From positions 15,252,001 through 15,316,000 of the forward strand of contig JBHGNT010000001.1 of the NCBI GenBank assembly GCA_043228905.1: a stretch of DNA of 64,000 nt, in the 5' to 3' direction. The notes under the pieces are model-generated. The model ran no database searches and was not told the DNA's origin. It saw only the letters and a list, made by a program, of their open reading frames with translations. Below are positions 25,906 through 38,959 of the stretch, piece after piece. Position numbers and translations under genes: made by a program. Source of the stretch: Azolla caroliniana. Its lineage: Eukaryota > Plantae > Polypodiophyta. The stretch's first letter is position 1, and the number at the start of each line of letters is the position of its first letter.

Positions 25906-25919
25906 TTTCTGCAACAGTC

Positions 25920-25931
25920 GCTCTGATACCA
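25920..25931 (-). promoter_or_regulatory. Primer-binding site (initiator tRNA-Met)
   Basis: Minus-strand TGGTATCAGAGC, 3 nt from the 5' LTR. Confidence 0.96.
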
Positions 25932-25934
25932 GTT

Positions 25935-26579
25935 TGTCAGGAATCAACGCTTGGATTCACCTTCACCGCTCGGCCACAACCGAGTAATCGCGGATCAATG
26001 CAGCAGAAAAATAGGAAATACAGAGAAAGACGCGATACACAGGAATTAACGTGGAAAACCCTATACGGGAAAAACCACGGGAGTGCGAGACTCCAAACCA
26101 AACTATGCACAGAGAAATATACAATGGCGAGCTGCAAGGCAACGACCTTGAGCTCGCTGTCCTCGCCACAGGCGGCGGAAATACACAGAGGCGTCTACCT
26201 CTTCGTCTCTCTCGCGCTCTATCTCTCTCTCGGCTGCTCTCACTTCGCTTCCTCTCAGTGAAAACAGAAAATGAGCAACAACTAAAACTATTTGCCCTAA
26301 GTCATATTTATACACATATGACTTTCGGGCTATTTACAAATATAGCCTCAAGGGCCCTTGGCAAACATATTCACAAATATGTCCCCGCATCCGGATCTCT
26401 CTCCGGGTACATTCGTCATCCGGCTCCGTAACCGGGGTCTTCATCATCCGGCTCCGTAGCCGGGGTATTCATCATCCGGCTCCGTAGCCGGGGTATTCAT
26501 CATCCGGCTCCGTAACCGCAACCGGGCTTGCCGTCATTCATCTCCGGACATCCCATCCGGAGGGACCGAAATCCCAACA
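25935..26579 (-). repeat. 5' LTR of element W
   Basis: 645 bp and near-identical to 21174-21818. Confidence 0.97.
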
Positions 26580-26669
26580 GTACATTGTGTCTCAAGCTCT
26601 CCATTAAACCTGTTTTTTCCTCTGTCGGTATTTTGTGTTTCGTATAGCTTTCGCACATAACATTTCACA

Positions 26670-28511
26670 AGGTGCCATCCCATCGCCACGGCTACAGCTA
26701 GAAACACCTAAACGGTTGTCATTCTGGCAACTGGTACGAATGTTTCGTCATAGTCGATGTCGTGTTGTTGTGTGTAATTGTTGGTCACCAATCGGGTGTT
26801 GTACCGGTTGACAGAACCATCAGCGTTGTACTTGACTTTGTACACCCACCGACATCCGATTGGCTTCACTCCCTTGGGGGTCTCAACAAGCTCCCATGTT
26901 TCGTTCTCCGCTAAGGCGCGTATCTCTTCCTGCATTGCGGTATGGCAATTGGCGTCCTTTGCCGCCTCTACGTAGTTGTTCAGCTCATGCACTTCCGCCA
27001 GCTTCATCATATACGCATGGTGATGCGCCATATACTCATTGTACTTGTACTAGATTACAGGGTTTTTCTGGTAAGTGGATCATCGCAACTTCTGATTCAC
27101 CAATGTTTTACCCCCTCTTGGCCAACTCCGACCTCATCTTCGGAAGTCCTTATTCGCTCCTGGCCACATCCAACTCACTCCGGTCCGAAGCGCCAACCTC
27201 TGTGCCATATTCCAACATCTACATTTTTCCCCTCTCCTTGCGTGTAAGCGGTCTCCTGGGTGTTTGCACAGGAACTGCACGACCGAGACTTCGCTACTCG
27301 TTGACTCTTTATCCCGCTGGTCGTTCCAGCTCAACCCTTGATTTGGCCCTATTAACGAAAATGAGATCAGACTCTTCTCTAGAGTTCTGATTTCTTCATC
27401 ATCTAGGGACATCTCAGCCTCAATGGCCTCATCCTCAGAATTCAGAATGGAGTTAATGGGGGTCGAATACGGAGGCAAGTATCATGAAGCCAACTCGTCC
27501 AATAGGACATCTCGACTAGCTCAGACCTATTTTGTTTGAGGGTTGTAACATTTATAACCCTTATGTTCGTCCAAGTAACTGACCAAAATGCACTTCTCGA
27601 ATTTCTCATCCAGCTTCCTCCTCTTCTCTTTCGGCACATGCACATATGTTATGTTGTCGAACATCCTCAAGTGTACCAAATTTGGCTTGCGCCCGAAATA
27701 CAGCTCATGTGGCGACACTCCTCCATTTTCAAAGTTCTAATTCTACAGGTAGATGGTACTCTTTGACCGCTTCGGTGCAGTAGAACTTGGCCAAATGCTT
27801 CTCCTGAAGCATTTCCCTTACCGTTTCCTCAATGGTCTGATGCTTCCACTCGGCTACGCAGTTTTGCTTCGACATATGTCTAGAGGAGAATTCGCATTGA
27901 ATTCCCTCCTTTTGAAGATAGCTTGAGAACTGGTCGGAAAAGTACCCTTTTCCGCCATCGGTCCTGAGGCATTTGATTTTCTGTCCAGTCTCCCATTCGG
28001 CAAGGCTCTTTACCGTATGGAAATAGGAGAAGAATTCGCTTTTCTTCTCGATCATGAATGCCTAGGTGTGCCGAGTGTAGTCATTGAGGAAGGCCACAAA
28101 GTAATGACTCCCGTCTATTCGCACACATCCAAATAGATCAAATTGAGCTTATTTTGGCTCTAATTACGCTCGTTGGGGAATGGAAGCCAGTGTTCCCTAG
28201 TTGACAAGTTTCTCAGAATTGGTCTTCCCAGCCACAAAATTTTGGCAAACCAGAAATGACATTCCTCATCTGCATTTCTCAATGTTGCGGGATGTTGATG
28301 TGGTTGAACCTATTGTGCCACAAGTCGATGTCCAACTCTACCTTTTGACCTTTGTCAGCACATGAAAGACGTTCATCATTATCCCTCTCTAAATAGCATG
28401 TCTTAGAGGGACATGTTCAATGGGATAAGGACTGTTGTCACTGGTTTTGATGACCCCCGACTATTCCAGCTTGTCGAGATAAGAGAACCATTATTCATCC
28501 TTCCTCATGTG
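26670..28511 (-). mobile_element. Copia element Y, middle part (post-protease region, integrase, RT N-terminus)
   Basis: Fragments KIKCLRTDGG, KRRKLDEKFEKC and GCRWVYKVKYNADG. Joins 15770 to restore the GWHLH.MD motif. Confidence 0.9.
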
Positions 28512-31429
28512 GTTCGCGAAATGAAGCGGGACCACCGAAGTCCTGGATCGGAAGGATTCGTTGTTTTTAACAGCGTAACCGAGAAAGTATTGAAGGTAGA
28601 TACATGGATGAAGAGAGAGAGATTGAGATAGAGAATGAACCCTTGACTTTAGTTTTACGAGACAAGATACATCACCATTAGGATAACTCAGATGTTTGAT
28701 TAAAAGTTTCTTTTTTACTTACATCACTTGCCTCCTTACACAAGCCCCACTATAGGCTTTTATAGGTCTCTCCATGCAAAAACCATGGGCTAAAACCATG
28801 AGCTGAAACCAATGATTCCTACAAAATATTGAATATGAAAAGAAAATATACAAATTCGCACTCAGCAGTTGCTTTAGTGGTAAGTTAATTTGTTTCCTAT
28901 CTTGAAGGTGCAAGGTTCAAGCCTTGCTTTCACCCCTATGAATGCACTTAAATGTTACTAGGCTTTAGTCTTATTTTTATTTTTACAATTTAGCACACAT
29001 CATATGTGCACATGTTTAACTTTACATCTAGCTTTTCTTTTACGATTCTCATTTCAGTCCTATTTACAACATGCTAGTGCTAGCATATGTGTGTGGCCTT
29101 CACCCCTTTCACATGTGCACATTGCACCTTCGCGATTTCGCTGGTTGCACACAATTTTCACACCGTTGCTGAAAATCTTCACGACATCCACCCCCACCAA
29201 ACCGCACATCCTCTGGTACGTGCCAAGAAGAGACAGTGTGAGATTTCGGCTTCGGTGATTATTACGATTTGCTCCATTTCGAGCATGTCCATTCCCTTCG
29301 CTTGAACCATTGTCGCCACCCAATCCACCATATCATTCGCTCATTCTTTGCTTTACCATGACTAGTTGTCATGGCCCCTTGTTCTCCTTCCGAGCATAAC
29401 CGTTTAGGCTTTATGCATGTTCCACCTTTGTTTCAACCATCTCCTTGGTCAAGGCACTCCGCACTTCGTCCACCTTCGTCGTACAATCTCGTGTTAGAGT
29501 TGATGATCTTCACGTTAGAGCCCTCCTTAGTAGAGATCTCATCCTCTGTAACACCCTTCAAATTTACTTGGCTCATTTGGCCCTTGTCATCCATGGTAGT
29601 GTGCCTGCTTGATCTCTTCCTTGTCTTCACCAACCTTGACTTCTTTCTAGATCAATCTCGTCTGATCGTCTTTCAGTTGGATCAGCTTCCGTTCGGATTT
29701 GTATTCGGCTGAATCGGACTCGGTTCATTGGTTTCGTCTTGTTCATAGTCACCTCGTTGATGTCGTCTTTAGTGGTCCTCAATTACGCTAGCCTCAAACT
29801 CTTTATCTCCATTGACGCAAGCCTCAATTAGGCTTGCTCCTTCATCATCCAATGTTTTGAGCATGATGTGTGTTCCAAAACATTCGTCCTCCCTCAAAGT
29901 GGCATTCTCCATCCTCGTGTCATCATCAATCTTCTTTTCATGTAGGTTGCTTTGTTTAGTCCTTGCCAAGTCAATATCATCAAGCCATTGATGACGCCTA
30001 TCGATTTTGTTGCACGCTCGCTTCACTGCAACCCAGTTTGCCACAAGCCCATTCTCTTGAGAATCATCTTTGAGGAGAGTCTCCAATTCTCGTCTATCCT
30101 TTATATGCACAACTTTCTGGAAGTACAAAGTCTTGTCCTCCTCAAGCAGCACTTGGTCCGTGGTAGGGAGACGACTAAACATCTAGTCGAACTTGTCGTA
30201 TACCCTCAAGGTTCTCATCTTCTTATTTTTCTTTTCTATCCACTTCATCAAGACATGTTGAGTCATCCTTGACAAATCGTCCATCACAAACTCCGCAAAT
30301 ATTACTCTTTCAAACTCTTACCACGTTGTCTTCCTTTCTTGAAGCTCGATGACCCACCTTTGGATGTTGTTGGCGTCAACTCGCTTGAAACTCGAGATTT
30401 GACGTGCTTTAGACACGTCCCTTTGATTCATCTCCCTTTTGTATACCTCTAGGAACTTCCTAATGTTCCTTCCATCAAATTGACCCTCGACCTCCACAAT
30501 ACGGTGGACGGCCTTCTCCACGCTCGCATCGTTGTCCCAAGATCTCTTCATTTGTTCAAAGATTATCATCATTCTTTCGAACTCTCCCACTTGATTGTTT
30601 AAGGATGCCATCTCCAAGTATTAGTCAATCCTCGTCTTCATCCTTCCTACCGCTCCTTCACGTCGTGTTCACCAAGTAAGATGTCTAGGAAATCCTCGCG
30701 TGTTCGCGAAATGAAGTGGGACCATCGGGGTCCTGGACCAGAAGGATTGAATATTTTTATCAGCGTAAGCGAGAAAGTATTGAAGATAGATAGATGGATG
30801 AAGAGAGAGAGAGATTGAGATAGATATTGAACCCTTGACTTTAGTTTTACGAGACAAGATATATCACCATTAAGATAACTCAGATCTTTGATTAAAAGTT
30901 TCTTTTTTACTTACATCACTTGCCTCCTTACACAAGCCCCACTATAGGCTTTTATAGGTCTCTCCATGCAAAAACCATGGGCTAAACCCATGGGCTAAAA
31001 CCACGGGCTAAAACCACAAGCTAAAACCATGGTTTTGTGCCCACGGTTTCTATATGTTTACAAAATACTGAATATGAAAAGAAAATATACAAATTCTAAA
31101 GCACTCAGTTGTGGCTTTAGTGGTAAATTAATTTGTCTCCTGTCTTGGAGGTGCAAGGTTCAAGCCTTGCTTCCACCCCTATGTATGCACTTAAATGTTA
31201 CTAGGCTTTAGTCTTATTTTTATATTTACAATTTAGTGCACATCATATGTGCACATGTTTAACTTTAAATCTAGTTTTTCTTTTACGATTCTCATTTCAG
31301 TCCTATTTACAACATGCTAGTGCTAGCATATGTGTGTGGCCTTCACCCCTTTCAGACGTGCACATTGCACCTTCGTGATTTCGTTGGTTGCACACAATTT
31401 TCACACCGTTGCCGAAAATCTTCACGACA
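28512..31429 (-). mobile_element. Non-autonomous, gag-only Ty3/gypsy derivative (~2.9 kb)
   Basis: Direct repeats at ~28512-29186 and ~30682-31429. PBS TGGTGAACACGACGTGAA on the minus strand (30657-30674). Gag fragment GQFDGRNIRKFLEVYKREM resembles 48843. The pre-LTR tract resembles 53585-53609. Confidence 0.85.
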
Positions 31430-32558
31430 TCGCACATGCTCGTTGACACACCCAATGGTTCTCCTCTACAAGGTGCATCGATTGCAAGTCACAAAATGAA
31501 GGAGGTATTCTCTCATGCAAATAGTCCTCAAAATCGGCTCGTATTTTTGCGATAAACCACTAAAGTAGATTTGTACCATCTCGTCTTTGTCCACAATCAC
31601 ACTAATGGATCTGAGTGCATCACAGATCTCTGTCATCCTTGTGGTGTAGTCAGTGATTGACATACCTCCTTGTCAGACATTGTTGAGCTCTTGCTTGAGC
31701 TGCAACTTACGGGTAGTGATGCTAGCAGCAAAGACCCTCTTCAAGTTCCCCCAATCATCCTTCCGCGACTTTGCGTCTCCTATGTACCTGAGCATCTGGT
31801 TGTGAACACACAAGGCAAAGCAGTACAAGACTCAGCTTGTTGCTTGCTTCCAAGCTAGGAAGTGTCTTTGTGTCAACTCTGGTGGTACTTCATTAGCTCC
31901 TTCAACATAGAACCAATACCTATCTCTGAGTAGGTATAGTTGCATCTTGTATGACCAAGATGCATAGTTGCTTCTTTCAAGCTTCTTCGTTGTACGCGAG
32001 CTGCCCATTCCTCTATCCATGTTCTCGAATGTACTTGTCCGGAAGACAAAAGCCTTTCTCTGTGTTTTTGTTCTCTTTATCAACTGTAGAGGATCCTTCT
32101 AACCCTCATGCTCTAATACCATGTAAAAGATTACGTATGCGGAAACGTTTATGTCGAACACATCCGGACAACAGAAAACTGACAATTAGAAAAAAACACA
32201 AAGTAGGAGAGAGAGAAACTAAGCAGACGAAGCAATTCTATTACCAAAAATACTCAGTATATATACAAGTGTGTTGACAAAGCACTTTTTATACAAGTCC
32301 TTCAAAAGAACTGACAAAAGTACAAACACGTACTTTAATGCACATTAACTAAGCTTGACACTAATTAGCCTATAATAGGCCTATTTACTAAAATAGGCAT
32401 CTAGGCTATGTAACAGCTTGTCAGACTCCATTTGACTCGACTAGCCGATTCTGCTTACGACCTATCCAATTGGTTTGGGTCTACCCGATCGAACTATGTC
32501 CGATCCGGCTTTTGGCTTATTTAGCTGATCAACCCATGTTGAGTTTGTTCACTCAACA
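31430..32558 (-). mobile_element. Copia 5' end (gag, PBS 32110-32121, 5' LTR 32122-32558), probably of element Y
   Basis: Gag fragment MDRGMGSS...KLERSNYASWSYKMQLYLL, PBS TGGTATTAGAGC on the minus strand, and an LTR with TG...CA ends. Confidence 0.88.
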
Positions 32559-33125
32559 ACAACCATTCTTCATGATTCGTCGTGTAGTTAGAAGCTCTGA
32601 AATCAACATACCACACCTCCTTCGGTTTGGAGGTGCCCGCCGCCATTGAATTGGCCTTGTGCTTCATCACAAATGCAGGGCCTCTTCCATTTTTGCAGAC
32701 ATTGACACAAATGTGCATGTGTTACACACATATCGATATACTCACACTTACTCGTGTGCACTTTTCCACATACACTTACAACATGTCATTTCAGACAAAG
32801 ACTATATATGTTACCATCCACCTACCCTCACATATATAAACTTATTTACGTACAATCCTACATATTAAACTTTGTCACAGGGTGGACTGAAGTACTAACA
32901 AGTACGTCAATGCTCACATAAGAGAATCGCACAATGATCGTAGCTAAAATTCCTATTACTAAGAATAGGAATAAAGGCCTCTAATGGCCTATCGGCTCTC
33001 CCAACCCTTCCACTTGTCGGCTTCTTCTATCAATCAGGTATCCAACCTCCAACCGATCCTCCTAGTTGATCCAGCTATCAGCTTCTTCAGCCAGTACGGT
33101 TTCATATTGAGATTGTCTCTCAACA
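32559..33125 (-). mobile_element. Copia protease fragment plus partial LTR (~32870-33125), probably the 5' end of element X
   Basis: Fragment WYVDFRASNYTTNHEEW. The LTR resembles 10440-10690. Flank TATGG (33126-33130) versus GATGG (10228-10232). Confidence 0.65.
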
Positions 33126-33152
33126 TATGGGAAGGATGAGGGTATAAGGAAA

Positions 33153-33730
33153 TGTAAAAGATAATGTGTGGAAGCTAAGACAAAACTGGCTCGTCCGGAT
33201 AACAACAGAACATAGAATAGAGATTTAATGGAAAGCTTGAATGCACAGGAGAGATAGAGATAGCAAAAGCGTAAACTCAATTCAAAAAAATAACATTTTG
33301 TCCATACAAATGTCCTACAGAACACTTTTTATATACAAGTCATTCAAATGACTGACATAAGTACTCACATGTACTTCAATGCTCATACAAGCGGCTACCA
33401 TTAACTCCAAGGAATATACCTACGTACTAGGCTCAGACTATAGGCTCCAATGACTGGTTCTCACTATTCCGGAGTACGATCCAGTTCTCCGGTCTGGCTC
33501 TAAGTTCTGGAAACCGATATATCCGGACACTCATCCGGGTACCTATCCGGTTCTTCGATCCGGCTCAGACTTATTCAACCAATCCGGATCGCTTTTAGCT
33601 TGCCCGCTCAACACTCCTCCTCAAGCTCAACTTGAGGTCGGATCGCTATGTGTGTCCACGAGTCCTTTCCTCCAACTCCTCCTAGTGTCTCCTTGCCTTG
33701 CTCACACTCCTTGACCCGTCTGCTCTTTGC
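33153..33730 (-). mobile_element. Copia 3' LTR (33153-33613) with PPT and a short 3' internal stub
   Basis: Minus-strand AAGTTGAGCTTGAGGAGGAG|TGTTGAG junction like those at 2045 and 20848. The LTR ends ...CTTTTACA. Confidence 0.82.
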
Positions 33731-33734
33731 GCTG

Positions 33735-36700
33735 GACTGGACCGTGCTCGACATGAGCAATGGCCTATTGTTTATCAAGTTGGTTGATTCACTCGACCAT
33801 GAAAAGGTGGGTCTCCTGTTTGAGACAGAAGAAGGGCTCACAACTAATTGGGCCGTGCTAAAAAGGGTTTGTTACTAGCCATTTCGACAAATGCTGAGAA
33901 TGGAATGATGCAAGCTCCTCGACGACATGCCCGTGTGTCGGGAAGAAGCTAGAGGAACCAATTCCAGCATGGACAGAAGGGAAATGAAGGTGACTCGAGT
34001 TGGGCACGGTTCCGACCAACGTGGTCAGGGGCCCATTTGGGGGCACAACTCTAGAGGAGCTGACGAAGATGGTGTGTGATCTCCAGATCACACAAGCTCA
34101 GGGAGATGACGGGGGATAGTCGTATGAACGAAGGCCTCTGGTCGACCAACCATGCATGTGGTGTGATGTCGTCCGTCACATCCGTAGAGAGTGCACCAAT
34201 TTTGCCGAAACACTCAAGAACAATATTGTGTATCTTTGGAACGGGCAGGTACACATGTGTGACACACAAAGGCCCATCGGGGTGAATACCGGTCGAGGCG
34301 GCATGAAGAGGTTAATGGTAGAAGACGCTACCCGGAACACCGAGGCCATCCACTACTCGGTGTCGATAGGGATACGGGTAGGTGGAGAGAAGGGCACTGG
34401 ATCCGGAAGCGATACCGTATTTTGGTCGCACGTTATAGAAGGCACGTCAGGGGTGAGGCTACGGAAAGAGGAGGCGCACCACGCGGAGAGGTATTTCCAG
34501 GAAGCTGCTGGAGAGAACGAGCCAGTTCAAGAGAAAATCGGCTTCATAGAAGCCGCCTACCATAACTATGAGGTTCTGGTCGAGGACAAGCGACCCGGAA
34601 AGGCCAGAGTGGTTGGTTCTTCGAACCGAAATGAGACCCGGAGTGGGCTAAAAAAGAATGATGGAGGCCCAGCTAGCCCATAGGGGAAGGCGAAGATTCT
34701 GAGCTTCCGATTGAGCTCGGAGATAGAGAGGACAACGGATTTGCAGAAGGTCCTGGAAGAGCCGATCCTCGATAGCAAGGTGGAGCTCTCGTTACGGGAG
34801 GTGCTAGGAATCGCAGAGAAGGATGTCCACGATGGAATCATGGGCTTGGTAAAAAGGAAACGACTATCATCGAAGCAAGAGCCGGAGAAGCCGGTCGAAG
34901 TGAAGGTGGCCCACCTCGAAGAGGTGGCGATGGAAGAGGAGTTTCAGGATAGCCACTATATGAGCCCACACTGGGCCAGAGTGATGATAGAGACCCCGGT
35001 CCGGATTGAGGATGTGAAGGAGTCGGTAGTAGCGTTGATCGACCATGGATCAGAGATCAACTTAATGTCGATGAATTTCTACAAGAGAGGGAAGTGGCCA
35101 AGCAACACCAAGCATGGGTGGAAGATACGTGCGGCAACTAGAACCACGAAGGAGCTACATGGAGCATGCCCGAATGTCCGTGTAAAGGTCAGGGACATAG
35201 AGATAGACCAACACTTCTTCATGCAGGAGAAATCTTCTCACCCGGTAATTCTCGGAGAACCTTATATCACCACGGCTCGTATGGATACTAAAGTGTTAGA
35301 CAATGGTTCAACATACACTCGGGTGAAGAGCTAGGACGTCATCATTCTATCCAAATTTTGACGGGTAGACCCAACCACGAAAGGAATCGTGATACTCTCG
35401 GCAACAATGGCCAAGAGGATTTTTGAAGGGGGCTATCAAGGTGTGGGGCTGCGATAGTCCGAATAGCCGGAAGAATCCCCACACTTGTACCATAAGTAGG
35501 GAATTTTGGTTTTCCGGAAATATAGGTAGTACTACAACCAACATTGGTGACCGGGAAAGAAGTTGGAGTGAAGGGCACTTGAAGGCATGTGGAGCCTTGG
35601 GCCTGGACGAAGAGATTGGCGGCATTGTGGAGGCAATCTCATTTGACGACACCCTCGGGGAGATCAAGAGTCTGACCAAAGAGGACCTACGTGAAGACTA
35701 GATGATTCTAGTCGGTATGGTCGAAATGTACAAAGTCATTGCGGACTTCAGGAGGATGGTCAGGTTGGATCGGACGGCCCTAGTAAGCACGAAGTACAAG
35801 ACTGTAGACCGGAAGGTGAGGCTAGTCGCGGCTCCATTTTCTGGAGGATAGTTGGGAGCGGATGAAAGGGGTCATGACCGGCCCGAGTTTGCGAGATCCG
35901 GCCGGCATAGGGCACTAGTTCACTGACGAGATGCTACGGGAGCTGAAGATCGGTGGGGGTGGCTTGCTACTGCCGGTGGAGGAGGACCGGTTTCGGAGGA
36001 TGCTCACCGGCGGAGAAAAGCCTTTGTCTTCCCACCGGTGGAGATCGGGTGCATAGACCCAACTATCGTAGAACCGATGTTGATCTTCACGACACCACAT
36101 GTGCCATGGAGTCTCAAACTTATTCTGGTAACAGGAGCTCACATCCCGAAGTTGATGGAGTTGTTGAAGCAAAAGGTGGAGATGGGGATCCTCGAGCCGG
36201 GGAGTGCTCCTTATTTGAATCAGTGTTTTACGATGCCGAAGAAGAATGGTACACTGCGCTTTATACAAGACCTGCAATCCGTCAATAAGGTGACAATCCG
36301 AAATGCAGGATTTAGACCGACCACCGATGAGTTTGCGGAGTTCTTCGCCGGAAGGTCGATCTACTTGGTAGGGGATCTATACTCTGGGTCCAACCAGTTC
36401 CAGCTAGACGTGGAGAGCAGGGATATCATGACAATGTGAACCCCTCTCATCCTAGTCCGAATGTGTACCTCGCCACAAGGAGGGGCGAACTCGGTGGCAC
36501 ACATGGTGAATGGAATGAAAAAATTATTGAGGGACTGCATCTCTATGGCTTGCTGAAGAATGGTCTGAAGTTCAAGTGAAAGGGAGAACACACGGAGGAG
36601 GTGGTCCGGATACTAAAGGAGATGCGAACAATTGCACCGGCTCTCCGGAAATCCGTATACAATGCGGACACTCTAGTTTATGTGATGGTGGACACGAGTC

Positions 36701-38625
36701 CGAGCGGAATCGGATGGGTGATCAATCAGGAGGGCGTGGTCAACATGCGGTTCCCCATCCGGTTCAGTGCAAAGCTACTCAGCGAGCGGCATCGACGATA
36801 TACCCAGGTTAAACGTGAACTTCGGGGTAGCCTTCATCCCCAGTATTAATTGAGACAGACTTCCTACCGATTAAGCAGTTCAATAAAGACTACTTAATCG
36901 GAATGAAGGTAGTAATCCAGACGGACTGCCTACTGATTCTCGGTATGGTTTCCGGATGCACAACTCCAAACTTGGGAATGGTCAGGTGAATCGCGTACAT
37001 CATATCCCTCAATACGCAGATACAACACATGTACAAAAAAGACAACACCATGGCCGATATGTTTTGGAAAGCACAGTTCGAGAATGAGGATGGCATGGTG
37101 TTGGAAGACGAAGAGGTTGGCAAGGATTTTTTAGAGTCAGCTTGGATGTCTACGAAAGGGCAAAGCACTTCCGAGTCTAAACGAGTTCAACAAGAATGAC
37201 TATGATGGGGAGTGTAAGTTCCTAAGTACCATGGTGCCAGACGTAGCATGGGCAAAGGACGAGGCGAGCCGGATCCGGAAGAAGGCTTACAGATTCTTCC
37301 GCTGGAATGGTTAAATCTGGAGGCACCCGAAGAAGCGCACCCGTACACCACTCAGGGTGGTAGCGATAGAGAGCAAACAATAGAAGCTTGTGTCAGAATT
37401 GCACGAGAGCCCTTGGTCCAGACACCGGGGAAAGTGGGCCATGTTTGAGAAGTGGAAGGAGAAGTATTGGGTGCCGAGAATGTATCGGGACATGCATCAC
37501 TTCATGACGACATGCGAAAATTGTCTGATGCATTCCGAAATCCGCCACCACGATGAGCTACACCCAACCTACCCTCCAACCATCCATTTCAAATGGATTG
37601 TTGATTTGGTGACAATGTCAATGGGGGTAGGGCAGATGCGATACTTGGTGCTCGCACGGGAGGACCTAACGAATCAGGTGGAGGGTTGGGCATTGACCAA
37701 CAAGATGACCGCAACTGTATGCATATTCTTGATCGAAGATGTGATTTGTCGGTACGGATGCATGGGGAAGATCGTGGCCGATTGAGGGTAGTTGGATGCG
37801 CGGGAAGCCGAGGAGTTGTTCGACCGGCTAGGGGTCAAGCTCTCCCTTACTACGGCATACAATCCGTAAACCAATGGGAAGATCTAGCGTAGACATGGGC
37901 TGATCGTGAAAGCATTAGTGCGAGTGTGTAATGGATGAGTTAGGATCTGGTCGAGACTACTACCTTACGCTTTATGGGATGATTGAACAACGCACAGTTC
38001 GGTAACCGGGTACATGCAAGTGGAGCTTATGTTCGGGTAGAAGCCAATCATGCCGGTGCAACAGACGATTTCGTTGTGGATGACAGTCGACTGATCAAGA
38101 GAGATGAGCCGGGAAGAGCTACTTGTGGCACAAATTCAACATCTCGAATGAAGGCAGGAGGCCGTTGAGCGAGTGACAGCGAGGGTAGAAGAGGCAAGGA
38201 AGAAGAACAAGGGCCGGTTCAACCAAACACACTGACTTCGTCCGGAGAAGATCGAGGAGGGCGATTAGGTGCTGGTCTATGACAACAGCATGGATAACTA
38301 GCACCGGTTGACCCGAAATTTTGCGAGTAGGTTGTTCGGGCCGTACATGGTGACAAGCGCCAACGATAACGCGAGGTACCATCTTTCCGATCTTGACAGT
38401 ACGAGGATTGCACCGAACATGATAGGACGAGGACTAGTACGTACTAGGCAGTAGGATTTAAGGGGTACTTTAAAGACCCACACGAACAGAGAGGATACGA
38501 GGATTTGCTGTGAAGAAATCGGAGAGAATATTTGCCATTAATCGTGATGTATTGGCCTCCCCTTGTTCTATAAAAGGGGAGGTTTGAGACTATGTTTAGA
38601 CATACATGATTTGGAGAACGAAGTG
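33735..38625 (+). mobile_element. Degenerate Ty3/gypsy copy A (5'-truncated; gag, PR, RT with deletion, RH, INT, partial LTR-like tail)
   Basis: Motifs ALIDHGSEINL (protease), PKKNGTLRFIQDLQ...GDLYSG (RT), VDTSPSGIG (RH) and HESPW...TCENC...IVDLV (INT), in the order PR-RT-RH-INT. Confidence 0.92.
35417..35486 (+). promoter_or_regulatory. Putative -1 ribosomal frameshift signal (G_GAT_TTT plus pseudoknot), copy A
   Basis: Heptamer, TGA and a 6-nt spacer. Stem 1 is 35430-35437/35453-35460 and stem 2 is GTGTGGGG/CCCCACAC. Confidence 0.65.
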
Positions 38626-38629
38626 GTTT

Positions 38630-38959
38630 TGTTGACCTTTTGGCCGGTACAAGGAGTGCGGAACGGTGAAGACATCGATGGGTTGTAGATAGGCCGAGAG
38701 GGGAGAGGAGTGGCTATGGAGGGGAGAGGGAGACGAAACCACCCAAGACCATTTGAGTGCACACGAATCGTACATAACTCGGTGAAAGCGAGGATTAGAC
38801 GAGATAGGGGGAGGGGAGAGGGAGATAAGGAATCAAATAATAATACTAAACTCTACATAAGATTAAAACACTAAATAGATTAAAACATACCCATGAGAGA
38901 GAGAGAGAGATTAATAGCAAAACTAATTTTCATTAACAGAGGGTTTACAATGGGATAGG
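38630..38959. repeat. ~330-bp direct repeat, copy 1 (3' side of the LINE)
   Basis: Colinear match to 47494-47822, including a (GA)n tract. Confidence 0.95.

Larger units (their letters stand above)
21174..26579 (-). mobile_element. Intact, recent Tnt1-like Ty1/copia retrotransposon W (5406 bp)
   Basis: Two 645-bp LTRs, TSD GTACA (21169-21173 / 26580-26584), canonical PBS, PPT and an uninterrupted gag-pol. Confidence 0.98.
15776..26669 (+). mobile_element. Full-length but decayed copia element Z
   Basis: 5' LTR 15776-16193, PBS at 16194, then gag (ATG 16296), PR (WYVDSGASNHM), INT, RT, RH and PPT. The 3' LTR is 20848-21173 plus 26585-26669. TSD AGGTG at 15771-15775 and 26670-26674. Confidence 0.96.

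Noticed and set aside
21934-25926. Many overlapping plus-strand and alternate-frame ORFs
   Set aside because: They are shadow ORFs of the GC-rich intact gag-pol and show no independent motifs.
25906-25947. ORF-track N-terminal extension of gag-pol (MIPDKLVSERLLQK)
   Set aside because: It starts at a non-ATG codon inside the LTR and spans the PBS. The ATG at 25905 is preferred.
38630-38949. Reading the 330-bp repeats as true LTRs of an LTR retrotransposon
   Set aside because: No PBS, PPT, integrase or convincing TSD in either orientation, and homology extends past the CA.
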